A stretch of 63,791 nucleotides of DNA, counting the filler, from Octopus bimaculoides (Eukaryota): the NCBI RefSeq assembly GCF_001194135.2. It is 8 parts of 8 records of this genome, joined end to end, with 100 filler letters (N's around TTAATTAATTAA, not from the genome) between each part and the next. Parts side by side here need not be neighbours in the genome. Positions count along the whole stretch, not along the records: positions 11,750 to 19,491 come from NC_068983.1; positions 19,592 to 36,579 come from NC_068986.1; 6 more parts are not named here. One strand, 5' to 3'. The position numbers and the translations under genes are program-made. The notes beneath the pieces are model-generated. The model saw only the letters and a list, made by a program, of their open reading frames with translations. It ran no database searches and was not told the DNA's origin. Below are positions 13,145 through 25,950 of the stretch, one piece after another (position 1 is the first letter of the stretch; each line of letters opens with the position of its first letter).

Positions 13145-16100
13145 CTGAAATGCATAAAAGGAATATTTGGGTTCTTGATGGTTGGATCGTTGTCTGCTAG
13201 TTTAATGTATAAGACTAAAATTAACGGGAAGCTATTCTTTTCAGAAAAATGTATTGAAAATACATTTAAAGATAATGTATTCTTTTCCTTCACATTTATC
13301 TCTTACCTTACGGGAGCCACAATATTAGATTACACTTTTAAGTAGAGATCCTACTCTATATGTTCATCTTATAATGAATTACGCCTGCACACATACGTCC
13401 ACAAACATGCATACAAACCGAACGCATGCTTATATAAGCACTCAAGCACATACAAGCACATATATATGTATATAATTGTGAATATATATATATGTATATA
13501 TATATATATANNNNNNNNNNNNNNNNNNNNNNNNNNNNNNNNNNNNNNNNNNNNNNNNNNNNNNNNNNNNNNNNNNNNNNNNNNNNNNNNNNNNNNNNNN
13601 NNNNNNNNNNNNNNNNNNNNNNNNNNNNNNNNNNNNNNNNNNNNNNNNNNNNNNNNNNNNNNNNNNNNNNNNNNNNNNNNNNNNNNNNNNNNNNNNNNNN
13701 NNNNNNNNNNNTATATATATATATATTTACATATGCATTCATTCATCCATCCATCTGAATGTATAATATACATGCATGCAACTACATACGCTCGCGCATA
13801 CACTCACACACATGTAACAATGAAATTATATATTTTTTCCTCGTTGAATCACACTCTTACATTTCAAAGATTCTTTATAACTGTATACCTTCCTTTGTGA
13901 GTTTCGAAAATAGATGACGTAGGAAAACAGTAAGAACATATAAGTAAATTAAAGATCGTTAATATTACCAGTTCTACCAGCAGTGAATAAAAGACATCAT
14001 GCTAACTTTTTTCTATAAAATTGCAATCCTTGTATATTTAATGTATTTGGGAAACATTGCTCAGAGTGATTTCTTGAATAGAGAAAAAAGTATTATTTTC
14101 ATTACATAACAACCCGAATGTTAAGACATGTGCTACTCAAACCTTTGAAACAGTTCAAAAGTGGAATAAACTGAATTATAGGACTGTTATTGTCCGAATA
14201 ATGATGTTCTCCTTCATAGTAAACAATTTATATTCAACTTGTCTTGCTAATGTTTATATACACTTCTTAACGACTCACAAATACTATTGTTTCGGTTACT
14301 AGTGTTTTTTTTTACTGACTGTTTTATTTTGGATAATTCCAGTGAAGTCTTGAAAGAGGTGGAAAAAGTATGTCCAGTATTCAGGTGCTTTTTTCTTTAT
14401 AGTTGTAATTTAACGCTCAACTGACTTTACGGTGTAGTATCACGAACATTATTGCAAACGAACGGACATTTCAAATATGGGTATAGCTTTGAAATGTGAG
14501 TTGAACGAATAGGACTATAAGAACATCTAACTTAGATATAGTTTTACATAAATACTTACGAAGTCGACTTCACATTTATTCACATTTATGTGAAGTAAAA
14601 CATAAATTTGGTTTCGATACTAATTCATTTTATTCAAGTTGATACTTAGTGACTACTTACTTTCGTACCTAAATCTGCGGGCAAGCGTAGTTATGGTCTT
14701 ATAATGGATGCTTTGTTTGCGATCATGCAGTGCACCTATGGTTTGACTACTAAGAAAAGATTGTTGTCAAGAAAATTCAGCAATCACCTTATATATATGT
14801 AGTAATATAATTTTTCCGACAGCGGGTTATGACAGTCGGGAAGGGTGAGGCGGGAGAGAAAAAAGGAAAGACGGAACGCTGTACCAAGTCTCGGTTGGTG
14901 TGCATTTTCCAACTGAAAGGCGTGCAGCAACATGAAGCAAAATGCTTTGCTAAAGCCTCCAATGATCCTCCAAGTCCAGGAATTGAAAGCTTGATGAAAA
15001 GAAATGGAGAGATACCACCTGCTCCTCCGTCACAATCTATATCTATTTATGGCTGGCAATAAAGTAAATGGATCGATTTACACAACCTATAAAGCAACTT
15101 AATAACCAACAATTATCTGAGGTTGAAAACAATGGTAGAATGGGAGTAAGTATTTGTGTTTATAAATATATTGTATGTGGTATTCATGTTTTCTTTCTTT
15201 TGAATTTATATGTTTATTTCTAATGATATTTTTGTATGTTTATGAAGTTAATGGAGAAACTAACAGCAATATTACACCATACGGATAAAAGATAATACAT
15301 AAAATGGCTGACTGGTAACAAAAAGGGGATAATAATGAATAAAATGACCAGGATGAAATAAGTAGGATCAGAGAAAGGATAACATAATAGAATGAGAATA
15401 AAGGCCATCGAAGGACAATACTCTAAAGATTTAATCTCAGTGTTATAACATACTTAATAAAAGTAAAACCAAATTTATACAGAATATACATGAAAGTGAA
15501 AACCCTGGCGTCGTAAATGCTCACAGCCACTGTACCACCGATAACACTATTAGTATTATAAATCTCGTTATCTCTACAAACGTAATATTATCATCCACAT
15601 CATGGGAAACTACAAGAATAATATCAAATCAATTACTTTATATTAAATAGAAAAAACATACGCTGGAAGCCTAGACAAAATAAACCTGTAAACATGAAAA
15701 GGTCAGCTTAACAATTGCAATATTATTAATATATCAGTGAATACTGCTAAAATATACTTCACTTTTAATTGCATTTATATGTACATGAATACACATATAC
15801 ACAAGTATACATACATACATACATACGTACATGCATACATACANNNNNNNNNNTGATATAATTATCTGGTGTTTAATGCTGATTCCAAATTTTCCATGTC
15901 CCTCAAAACATTTGTTCATTATTATGTGGGTAACCACTCCTCCTATATGCATAATCCAATGAAGGAGCCTATATATACTTACAAATTCTGGTAGACATAG
16001 CAGTCAACTGTCCTTTTTAGCTAGTCAAACAATATGAAATGAAAGTGTCCACACGTGGAGCAGTAAATTTAGTTCTTACAAAGGTTGAATATATAGCTCC

Positions 16101-16949
16101 AATTGATAGAGAGAGAGAGAGGGGGAGAGAGAGATAGAGAGAGATAGAGAAACAGATGGAGAGAGATAGAGAAAGAGAGTGAGAGAGAGAGAGAGATAGA
16201 AAGAGAGAGAGAGTGAGTGAGAGAGTGAGCGAGAGATGAAGAGAGTGACCTAGAGAAGCAGTGAAAGTGAGAGAGAGAGAGAGAGAGAGGGAGTGAGTGA
16301 GAGATAGAAAGAGAGGGAGAAAGGCAGACAGCAAAACAGGGCAGGTGAGAGACAAAGAGAAAACGGAAGAATGGGTGAGAGAGCGAGTCAGAGAGGGAGA
16401 GAGTGAGCCAGAGAAATGTAATTAGTACGTTCAACAGGCAAAAAGCGTTGTTTTTAAGATAAACTGTGCTAAAATATACTTCACTTTTAATTGCATTTAT
16501 ATGTACATGAATACACATATACACAAGTATACATACATACATACATACGTACATGCATACATACATGCATACATACATACTTAGATACATACATATGTGT
16601 GTGTGTTTATATATGTATCTATGTATATGTTTGTGTGTGTGAGTGCATGTAGATGTTAATGCAATATAGGTTGAAAGCACCTACCGGAGTTTGATTGTTG
16701 TTATAACAACACTATCAACTATTCTTGGGAATCATAAATCTCATTTTCGTACCATATTGCTGTATGCAAGTACACGGATGATATAAATTGGAGTAGTCAG
16801 GAAGAAGACGTGAGACCTTCGCTTATGTTCAGGTATAAGAATTAAGCTTGATCTTTTAATGCTGGACTTCTCAGAAGAAGAGTAAACAAGTTAACCTCGT
16901 ACTGTCCTAATAAATCTTAAACACAGTTCTGTCTCCGAATAATTTGAGT

Positions 16950-18330
16950 TAACATTGTGGAGAGAGGAACTATTCTAGCCACTAATTTTATTGTAGTAGC
17001 TCTCGCTCATAGTAAAGCTTTGATTTTTCAATTTATAATCTGATCGCTGAGACTGTAAGAAAGGTTCTCGGAAAAAAACCGTTCTAATTCCAGGCAATGG
17101 AGCGCAAACGAGTTATTGGACATGTGCTACAAAAGGAGGTATTTAGAGAAAGATAAGAACATACAAGAATGAAAAATACTATATTAGCATATCACTAAAG
17201 AGATTAAAAGGGAAATGAAAGAATCAAGCAAAGAAGAGTAGTTGAATAAAAAAATTTTGCTGACAGTCCTTCCAACAGCAGCAAGTGCAGCAGCAGCACA
17301 CAGGGCGCATTTCCACTGGTACAATACCTTACTAAATAAAAGAAAACGAAAGTAAACACAATTGAAGGAAAATATCGTAAAAACAATTGTCTCTGAAGTA
17401 GAAATAATAGAATGCTGAAAAGAGTGTTTTTTTTAGAACACAACATTAAAAATGGTTAGCAGATTGAATGTACCGGGATCATACACTGAGTATTTTTATC
17501 AAATCATATAGGGAATAAAAGCTAATGTAATATCATAGTTACATCATCCACGTTGAACGACTGGAACTCGGAGAGTAGACTACTGTAGGCACCCTTACGA
17601 ACATGTGAGACGAAATCTGAATGATTTTTAAATGCCCGATGCATTAAATTTATTTGTAGGTCGTAGTTCTCCACAAGAACTGGAATATCTGTCAATTATC
17701 GTATTATAAGTAATATTTGCTAATGCAGCCAATGTAATGCTCAGAGACAACCTGAATATTATTACATCGCTGAAACCTCAAGTAAAATATGTTACAACGG
17801 AACACGCAGGATTCTCTACACGTGAAGTATTACTGATTAGTTCTTCAACATCCACAGAAAGAGAGTTATACAATGTCTTCAAAAAGTGATGTTGCCTTGT
17901 ACTGTATTTGCACAAGACAGCATGGGTGCCTGTAAGGGCTACTTCTACCTGCCTCTCTTCAATTTACTGGAGATGATCATGGGTGATGTCCGTGATATTG
18001 ACTCAGCATCAGAAGGAGTTGCATTACAAGTCTAATATTTACTTTTGATATTTATGGCAAGAATAAGACTTAGCATTTCTCAGAAATTACTGGCCTTGAG
18101 TCGAAATTTGAAGCCAATACTTATGGCACGAATGGAAATCAAATGATCTCACGTAAACTCTTTGGTGGAGATGAAACCATTTTTAAAAAAAAATTGTGGG
18201 TGATTAGTGCAGAAATAGTTTGCTTAAACCAAATACAAAATTTGTCAGTACACTGACGGAAATGAGAGGTAGTACAGCAGTGCAAATATTTGGGGCATTA
18301 TAAAAATATTGAAATCTTTGTAAGAACCAT
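16950..18330 (+). pseudogene. Ancient, heavily decayed RTE-like LINE ORF
   Basis: Scattered motifs in the expected order: ITKEIKREMKESSKEE*LNKK, TTEHAGFSTREV (EQAGF-like), KYLG. Confidence 0.5.
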
Positions 18331-19090
18331 ACAGACAATATCTGCACTGAGAAAATTAAACCATACTGAAGAGGTCACAACTTTCCTCGCAGAGTAATAG
18401 AAAACACTTCCATAACTTGCTAGTCTCTGTTCTTATGCACAAATCCGTAAAATAAGTTGTTTCTGCAGATAGAGAAATTAAAAATCTTCGATAGTTCGTA
18501 CTTCAAAATCTTTAGCATTAGGTACTTGGAACATATAGATTTCAAATTTTGGTACAAGACCAGCAATTTTTGTGTGAAGGAGTGAGTCGAATATACCCAA
18601 CTCAGTGCTCAACTGGTATCTATTTTATCGACTTCTAAGGCTGAAAGGCAAAGTCAACCTTAGCGGTATTTCGTACTTGGAGTATATCAAACGCACATAT
18701 TCCCCCAAATTTTCACCTTTACATTTACGACAGTATTATTTCAAAACGGTGACGAAAAGTAAGCGGAGATTTGTTTCAATATATAACAAGATACAATAGC
18801 ATCGCAAAGCTGATTTATGCAAGATAACTGGTACTGCACCGATTACCAAACACCTTGATCGGAGTGAAAACCTTAATTAATAGACACACGCACAGATATA
18901 TGCAGACAGATCTATATGATGGTACAAGCATACATACATGCATACATACATAAATACATACACACACGTATTTATATACATAAATATGTGTATTTTGCGA
19001 CATGTAGATGAATATATATGTACATATGTATGTGCCTAATTACGTATGTATGTATGTGTGTATGTATCTATTTTTCCACCTTCTTTAATT

Positions 19091-19482
19091 CTCTAACTTG
19101 TTTGAGTGATTTGACTACGGCCATGCTGGAGCACCGCCTTTAGTAGAACAAATCGACTCCAGGACTTCTTTGTAAGCCTAGTACTTATTTCATCGGTTTG
19201 TTTTGCCGAACTGCTATGTTACAGGGACATAACCGCACCAAGATCGGTTGTCAAGCGATCGTGGTGGTGGTGGAGGGGACAAACAAACGCACACACACGC
19301 ACATGCATACGACGGGCTTCTTTTCAGTTTCCGTCAACCAAATCCACTCACAAGGCTTTGGCCGGCCCGAGAGTATAATAGAAGACACTTGCCCAAGGTG
19401 CCACGCAGTGGGACTGAACCCGGAACTATGTAGTTGGGAAGCAAGAAGAAAGTTTCTTACCACAGAGCTAAGCCAGCGCCTG
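19091..19482 (-). mobile_element. SINE family A copy
   Basis: Colinear with 46291-46725. Confidence 0.8.
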
Positions 19483-19643
19483 TATATATATNNNNNNNNN
19501 NNNNNNNNNNNNNNNNNNNNNNNNNNNNNNNNNNNTTAATTAATTAANNNNNNNNNNNNNNNNNNNNNNNNNNNNNNNNNNNNNNNNNNNNGGTAATTAA
19601 TAAATATTAATAAATATATGATTTTTTGCCATATATTTTAATA

Positions 19644-19675
<32 letters not shown>

Positions 19676-19872
19676 GTTTTAGGGAAAATAACCAAGTTTC
19701 AAGAACTCATCGATGAAAATCCACTACCACATATAGAAAAATTAATAATTAAAAGCACAATAAATGACGAGCAGATGTCTCTTTATGGCGACATGTGCAG
19801 ACCTATTTTAATTTTTTATAAATTGATTTTAATTGAGTTTTTACCTGTAATTTTGGATTTTGTCCCTAATAT

Positions 19873-19903
<31 letters not shown>

Positions 19904-20511
19904 GGCAAATCGAAAACAAAAACAAGTCAAAAAGACATGCACAGTATAGGTATTAGGTCCATGCTCAGTTTAAGAAGGAAAAAAGAGTTGGGATGTAATA
20001 TATGTTTGTGTATATGTATAGTACACACAGAGACATATATATAGTCAATTTAAAGATGTAATATCCTCCTTAGGGATTATAAAATCCAGAGATCAACTGG
20101 TGTTATCAATTATGCTTTGGGAGAATTCTCTCAATATATAGGGATAAACTGTCTAATGTACATTTATATTAACATCAGAAAACAGAGAAAAAATATATTG
20201 TGAATACTTTTTTTATTTGCATCACAATAAAAACATAGCAAATATTTAATACAAATAAAATTTAAAAGAATATAAATTGACATAAAATAAGCATAAAAAG
20301 TTCCTACACATGTTTCAATCTGGTTACTAGATAAACAGTGCTTCTGATCCACAGGATTCAAACAATGTTAAGAGTTGTAGATGTAAAAATAACGCAATGT
20401 GACCAGATACCTTCATGGCTTCCCCCTTGCAAAAGGCTAATGATTACATATTTTTTCAGAGGAATTCAAATTGGTGTTAAAAAATGTACTAGATAAGATA
20501 GATGAGGACTA

Positions 20512-20830
20512 CATCATCATCATTATAATCGTTTAATGTCCGCTTTCGATGCTAGCATGGGTTGGACGATTTGACTGAGGACTGGTGAACCAGATGGCTA
20601 CACTAGGCTCCAATCTGATTTGGCAGAGTTTCTACAGCTGGATGCCCTTCCTAATGCCAACCACTCCGAGAGTGTAGTGGGTGCTTTTATGTGCCACCGG
20701 CACGAAGTCCAGTCAGGCGGTACTGGCAACGGCCACGCTCGAAATGGTGTATTTTACGTGCCACCTGCACAGGAGCCAGTCTAGCGGCACTGGCAACGAT
20801 CTCACTTGAATGTCTTTACATGTGCCAGGA
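20512..20830 (-). mobile_element. RTE 3' end / UTR copy
   Basis: catcatcatc...cgtttaatgtccgc...ctggatgcccttcctaatgccaaccac, shared with the copies at 22.9, 30.4 and 35.8 kb; (GAT)n tail. Confidence 0.85.
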
Positions 20831-20859
20831 ACGCAATGCAGGGTACAGGTGCCATATGT

Positions 20860-21343
20860 TAAGTATCCAAGTGATGTAAACATTAAACTTAATGTTTGCA
20901 TCACTTGGATACTTGTGATACAAATAAAANNNNNNNNNNNNNNNNNNNNNNNNNNNNNNNNNNNNNNNNNNNNNNNNNNNNNNNNNNNNNNNNNNNNNNN
21001 NNNNNNNNNNNNNNNNNNNNNNNNNNNNNNNNNNNNNNNNNNNNNNNNNNNNNNNNNNNNNNNNNNNNNNNNNNNNNNNNNNNNNNNNNNNNNNNNNNNN
21101 NNNNNNNNNNNNNNNNNNNNNNNNNNNNNNNNNNNNNNNNNNNNNNNNNNNNNNNNNNNNNNNNNNNNNNNNNNNNNNNNNNNNNNNNNNNNNNNNNNNN
21201 NNNNNNNNNNNNNNNNNNNNNNNNNNNNNNNNNNNNNNNNNNNNNNNNNNNNNNNNNNNNNNNTAAGTATCCAAGTGATGTAAACATTAAACTTAATGTT
21301 TGCATCACTTGGATACTTGTGATACAAATAAAATAAGTATCCA
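20860..21343. repeat. 70-bp palindromic unit, two copies flanking a gap plus a partial third start
   Basis: aagtatccaagtgatgtaaacatt-aaactt-aatgtttgcatcacttggatactt at 20861 and 21265; taagtatcca recurs at 21334. Confidence 0.8.
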
Positions 21344-21365
21344 TAATATATTTTTTCTCCCTTTT

Positions 21366-21406
<41 letters not shown>

Positions 21407-22404
21407 TAATTGTACCGTCTTCACAAATGATTACCATCTCCTTGTGCTTCCACTTTATCTGTAGCATTTCTGACAGTCTGTCCATGACCTTTCAGATGAC
21501 TTTTCAGTCCCATTGCAGGTTTTCATTGTTTGAAGCACACTTACTATGCGCTTCTCAACTGGGTAGGTCTGCACATGTCGCCATTTTTCCATTGCTACAA
21601 GACTTTCATTAGAACAGAATGACAAATAAGTCACCATAAAGAGACATCTGCTCGTCATTAGATTATAGTGATAAACACTTGTACAACACTAGTACCACTG
21701 TCTGAGTCTCCATGATCAGCACCTATTAACAGGATGACTTATGCAAAAGTTATAATAGATGGCAGCAAAAGTTATGTAAGGAACGACTGTGCAAACTCAA
21801 AAAGGAGAAATGGTGACGGATAGAAAAATAGAGGACTCCTTTTATTTAAACGTGTCACACGGTCGAACACAAAAAAATATATCAATGATGATATACATAA
21901 AATGTTATACTACGATAACATAGATGACCAGTAATGAAAGACCACAACCGTATAAGATGAATAACAGAAATATTTATTATGGCGTCAAAGATGTATGTCT
22001 GTGTGTGAGTGTGAATGTGACATATAAGAACATAATCAAAGACAGGCCGTCATACAAAGAAAAGTGTGTATGTGAGTGATACACGTATGTATATGTGAGT
22101 TATTACAGCAGATAGAAAGAGTCATTAACACGTAAGCATTTATACCAGTTCTTAAGTACACAATAGTATGAGTCTGTATGTGAAAGAAGTGAGTTGAGGC
22201 TGTGTGTGGCAGAGCTGATCACTAGTTGTGATGTTGTGGCATCGATACCGGCCTGTGATTCTTGTTATACAGATGTTCGTCGCTGGCTGAGATCTCTTGT
22301 CTGTNNNNNNNNNNNNNNNNNNNNNNNNNNNNNNNNNNNNNNNNNNNNNNNNNNNNNNNNNNNNNNNNNNNNNNNNNNNNNNNNNNNNNNNNNNNNNNNN
22401 NNNN

Positions 22405-22445
22405 CGGACGTTAAACGATGATGATGATGATGATGATGATGATAC
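22405..22445 (+). mobile_element. RTE 3' tail after a gap
   Basis: cggacgttaaacgatgatgatgat is the revcomp of the family tail. Confidence 0.75.
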
Positions 22446-22929
22446 ATATATATGCAAACCCTTAGTCACTGTTAGTGATGACTGAATTGGTTTATTTTTT
22501 TGTTTGAAATTATGTCGAGCCCTCTTGATAATTTTATAAATTTCACATTACCATTTTACTGAATCAGCCATTGATTCCTATAGTTATTTCTATATATACT
22601 GACTAGGGATCTCAGCTTACCTATCAGCGACTGAGTAGCAGAGTAGCATCACCAATGAGGATTAATTCCATTCGAAATCGCCTGTCAATATGGTGCTCTC
22701 ACTTCCTGTGGGTGGTTGTCTCTGTTGTTGGTGAATAGAATTGTGCTCTGTTCATGGCTAAGAGTTCTTTGACTCTTATTTCTAGTAATACTGGTGCAAA
22801 CTTGCACCCTTATTCACTTTTAGTGACAATTGATTGTGCCTTTTTGGTTTTAAGTTGTGTCTAGCCACCTTAATAATTTTATATATGTATATATAAATGT
22901 ATGTGTGTATCTGTGTAGATATATAGTAT

Positions 22930-23657
22930 CTTCATCATCGTTTAACATTTGTTCTCCATGCTGGCATGGGTTTCACATTGACCGATTGACATGCTGGAAG
23001 GCTGCACCAGACTCCAGTCAGATTTGGTATGCTTTTCTATGGCTGGATGCCCTTCCTAATGCCAACCACCCCTCGAGTGTAATGGATGCTTTTACATGCC
23101 ACCTGCATGGGTGCTATTTGCATGACACTGGGGTACCTTTATGTGCCACCGGCATGGATGCCATTTGCGTGACTCTGGTATCTGTCACAACTGTGATTTT
23201 GCTTGGCTTGATGGGTCTTCTTTTCAAGCACAAAATAATGCCAAAGGTTTTGATTATTGCCTCCATGAGGCCCAACTCTCAAAAGGAACTCAGCCACTTT
23301 GCCTCTGTGAGGCCCAACACTCAAAAGGTGTTTGTTATGTGCCACCAACACAGGTGCCAGTTACTACGACTATGATTCTAGACCTTGCTTGCATACCTGT
23401 AACTTAGTCTCTAGTTCAGGTAGTGATTCAGATATTAGAGCAAGGTCATCAGCATAGAGGAGCTCCCAGGGGCAGCCTTCATGGACCACCTGATTTACGA
23501 TATGGGTGACTATCCCATAACCCACACCGCCAGATATTTTAAGCACCTCAGTGATGATTCCTGATGGGCCAGGGGCTTTTCCTGTCTTCATATCCTTAAT
23601 TGCTTTATCTACCATGAAACTGTTGATTTGGGTAGCCAGTCCTTCAATTGGGTCGAC

Positions 23658-23658
<1 letters not shown>
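22930..23658 (-). mobile_element. RTE-clade LINE remnant with a large internal deletion
   Basis: MVDKAIKDMKTGKAPGPSGI...PWELLYADDLALISES, followed by the family 3' UTR ending in a (GAT)n tail. Confidence 0.9.
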
Positions 23659-23692
<34 letters not shown>

Positions 23693-23778
23693 NNNNNNNN
23701 NNNNNNNNNNNNNNNNNNNNNNNNNNNNNNNNNNNNNNNNNNNNNNNNNNNNNNNNNNNNNNNNNNNNNNNNNNNNNN

Positions 23779-25439
23779 AAAAGGGGGCAAAAAATTTGTT
23801 TTTCAATTTTCAGGGAGACACCCTCCTAAGAAAGCATTGTATGCCACATTTGTGGTTGAAAAAGAGAAAATTAGAGGTCGTTACCAAGCTTTAAAAATAA
23901 ATGTATATCAGTTTGTGCTCAAAAATATTGTTTTGTTGATATTTTCACCTGAACCTGTTTGAAATGTACCTAGTTAACCTAGTTTGAAAAAGAAAAAGAA
24001 CGATGACATTATAGGCTATGGTACATAGTGAGGTACAGTGTATAGCATGTTAACTTTTTTTTATGTGGAAGTTTCCCCAGTAGGCATATCATAACAACTT
24101 ATGTAAGTTTATTTTTGTTTTTTTGTGAAGCAAGAGTAATGTTTTCTTGTTTTTGTTTGAGAGTGACAACCTGTAACTTTTAAGAATTTGAAGAAGGTAT
24201 TGCTTCTGCTCTTCATCATTGGTTATCAGTTTGTTGAATTCCTCCATCTGCCGTACACCTCTTTCCACAATGTTGCTTACAACTTTGAATCCATATGCAA
24301 TATCTCTTGCATTTGCATATCTTTCATCACCATTCTATTCTTCAGTATCTTTTTCAAGAAAAATGCAAGGCACCTCTAGGATTTCAAGGAGTCTTTTTGC
24401 GTTGGCAGTAACGAAATCCTGCAGTTGTTTCTGCCTAGCTGATTCAGGATTTATTTGCTCAGTTTTGAGTCAACTGGTTTCTGCAGAGCATGCTTCATTT
24501 TACATTTTGTCTCATACAAAACAGCTGAATCAAAAAATGCAAGTGCCACAAGCTCCTCAGAGAGGTACTACAAATGTTTCAAAAACTTGCAGCATTTGCA
24601 ATTTTGTTATCCTTTTGCTTGTAGAGCAGCAGACTTTGCACAAAATGCANNNNNNNNNNNNNNNNNNNNNNNNNNNNNNNNNNNNNNNNNNNNNNNNNNN
24701 NNNNNNNNNNNNNNNNNNNNNNNNNNNNNNNNNNNNNNNNNNNNNNNNNNNNNNNNNNNNNNNNNNNNNNNNNNNNNNNNNNNNNNGGGGGGGGGGGGGC
24801 GCATGAGAGTATGGATGCCAGGTACCACTATCTGATGTATATCGCAGCTGAAAAGCAGCAAACATCTCTCAGTCTTTTTTCCTCTCTCTCAGTTTAAACT
24901 GAGATTTAAATATCCAAATTTTAATGCAGTAAATTAGCCTCGTGGAGCTTTAGGTGTTTTCGCTCAATAAACACTCACAACGCCCGGTCTAGGAATCGAA
25001 ACTGCGATCCTATGACCGCGAGTCCACTGTCCTAACCACTGGGCCATTGCGCCTCCACTCTTGTAGTCATCATAATGCTGCTATTCATCAAGCTGAGCTT
25101 GAGCAAATTGAATGATTTCTTCAGCATCTGAGATATTCACTGCAATGTTAGGGTCATCTGTTGCTGTTTGGTAATTGTTCTTGTCAATTTCCACCCACTT
25201 TGCTTTGAATCTCTTAAACAGTTGTATGCCAGGGCCAGTAGAAGATGGTGAGGAGACAGAAAATGTACAATAAATACAAACTGAAAAATAACAATGTACA
25301 AAATGTTCAGTGGATGGTAGCAACCTCTAAAATGTGTTCAATTGTACTGAAATTTTGCATGTTGCATTTTTGCACTGAATTAGATAAAATTAGAAGGTAT
25401 CTTCAAGTTTTTGAAATAAGTTATTTTGCATCACCCTAA
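23779..25439 (-). mobile_element. Decayed DNA transposon, hAT-related (hATm / cc8L18.2-like)
   Basis: Minus translation gives STGPGIQLFKRFKAKW...EIIQFAQAQL, KHL*YLSEELVALAFFD and VVSNIVERGVRQMEEFNKLITNDEEQKQYLLQ. The right end caccctaa is the revcomp of a TTAGGGTG-type terminus. Subfamily name is from memory. Confidence 0.7.
24935..25058 (-). mobile_element. SINE family C, 5' fragment nested in the hAT-like element
   Basis: Near-identical to 60377-60496. Confidence 0.8.
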
Positions 25440-25897
25440 TATACATACATATGTGTGTGTGTGTGTGTGAAGGTGAATGCCAATGATCCAGGTATAAGAA
25501 GTTAGTAAGCTTCAAGCAGTCCATAGAAGGTATAAAAGACAAGCTTCTGGTAACAAAAGTGGTTTATTGACATAGAAAGTTGTAAATTTTTGTCAAAAGA
25601 ATAAGAATTTTCTTAACAGCTTTAGACATTTGCCCACGCCTGTATATTATTTCTCCACATATATACTTTCCTTTTTGTTCTCTTACTCTGTGCTTTCCAC
25701 ACATTTTCAATCAGATCTTCTGCAAGTTAACATACAATCACTTCATGACAATGTAACCTTCATTTGACCAAGATATCTTTTGCCTGATAAGTAGCTAGCG
25801 GAGTACCCCTCCTTGAATAATTACTACTTCTGGGGTTCTGTTAGCTAGGGAACATATGCAGCCTGGATTTTATCTACTCCATTCCCTAAGCTTGGGT

Positions 25898-25950
<53 letters not shown>

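Noticed and set aside
15746-16565. ~100-bp direct repeat (15746-15843 and 16467-16565)
   Set aside because: One copy ends at a 10-N join, so it is probably an unmerged contig overlap or a haplotype artefact.
20860-21343. CRISPR-like reading of the palindromic repeats
   Set aside because: The context is eukaryotic, with no unique spacers and no cas genes.
22621-22860. Minus-strand segment ending in a strong AG|gtaagc donor
   Set aside because: All three frames contain stops; at most it is a non-coding exon.
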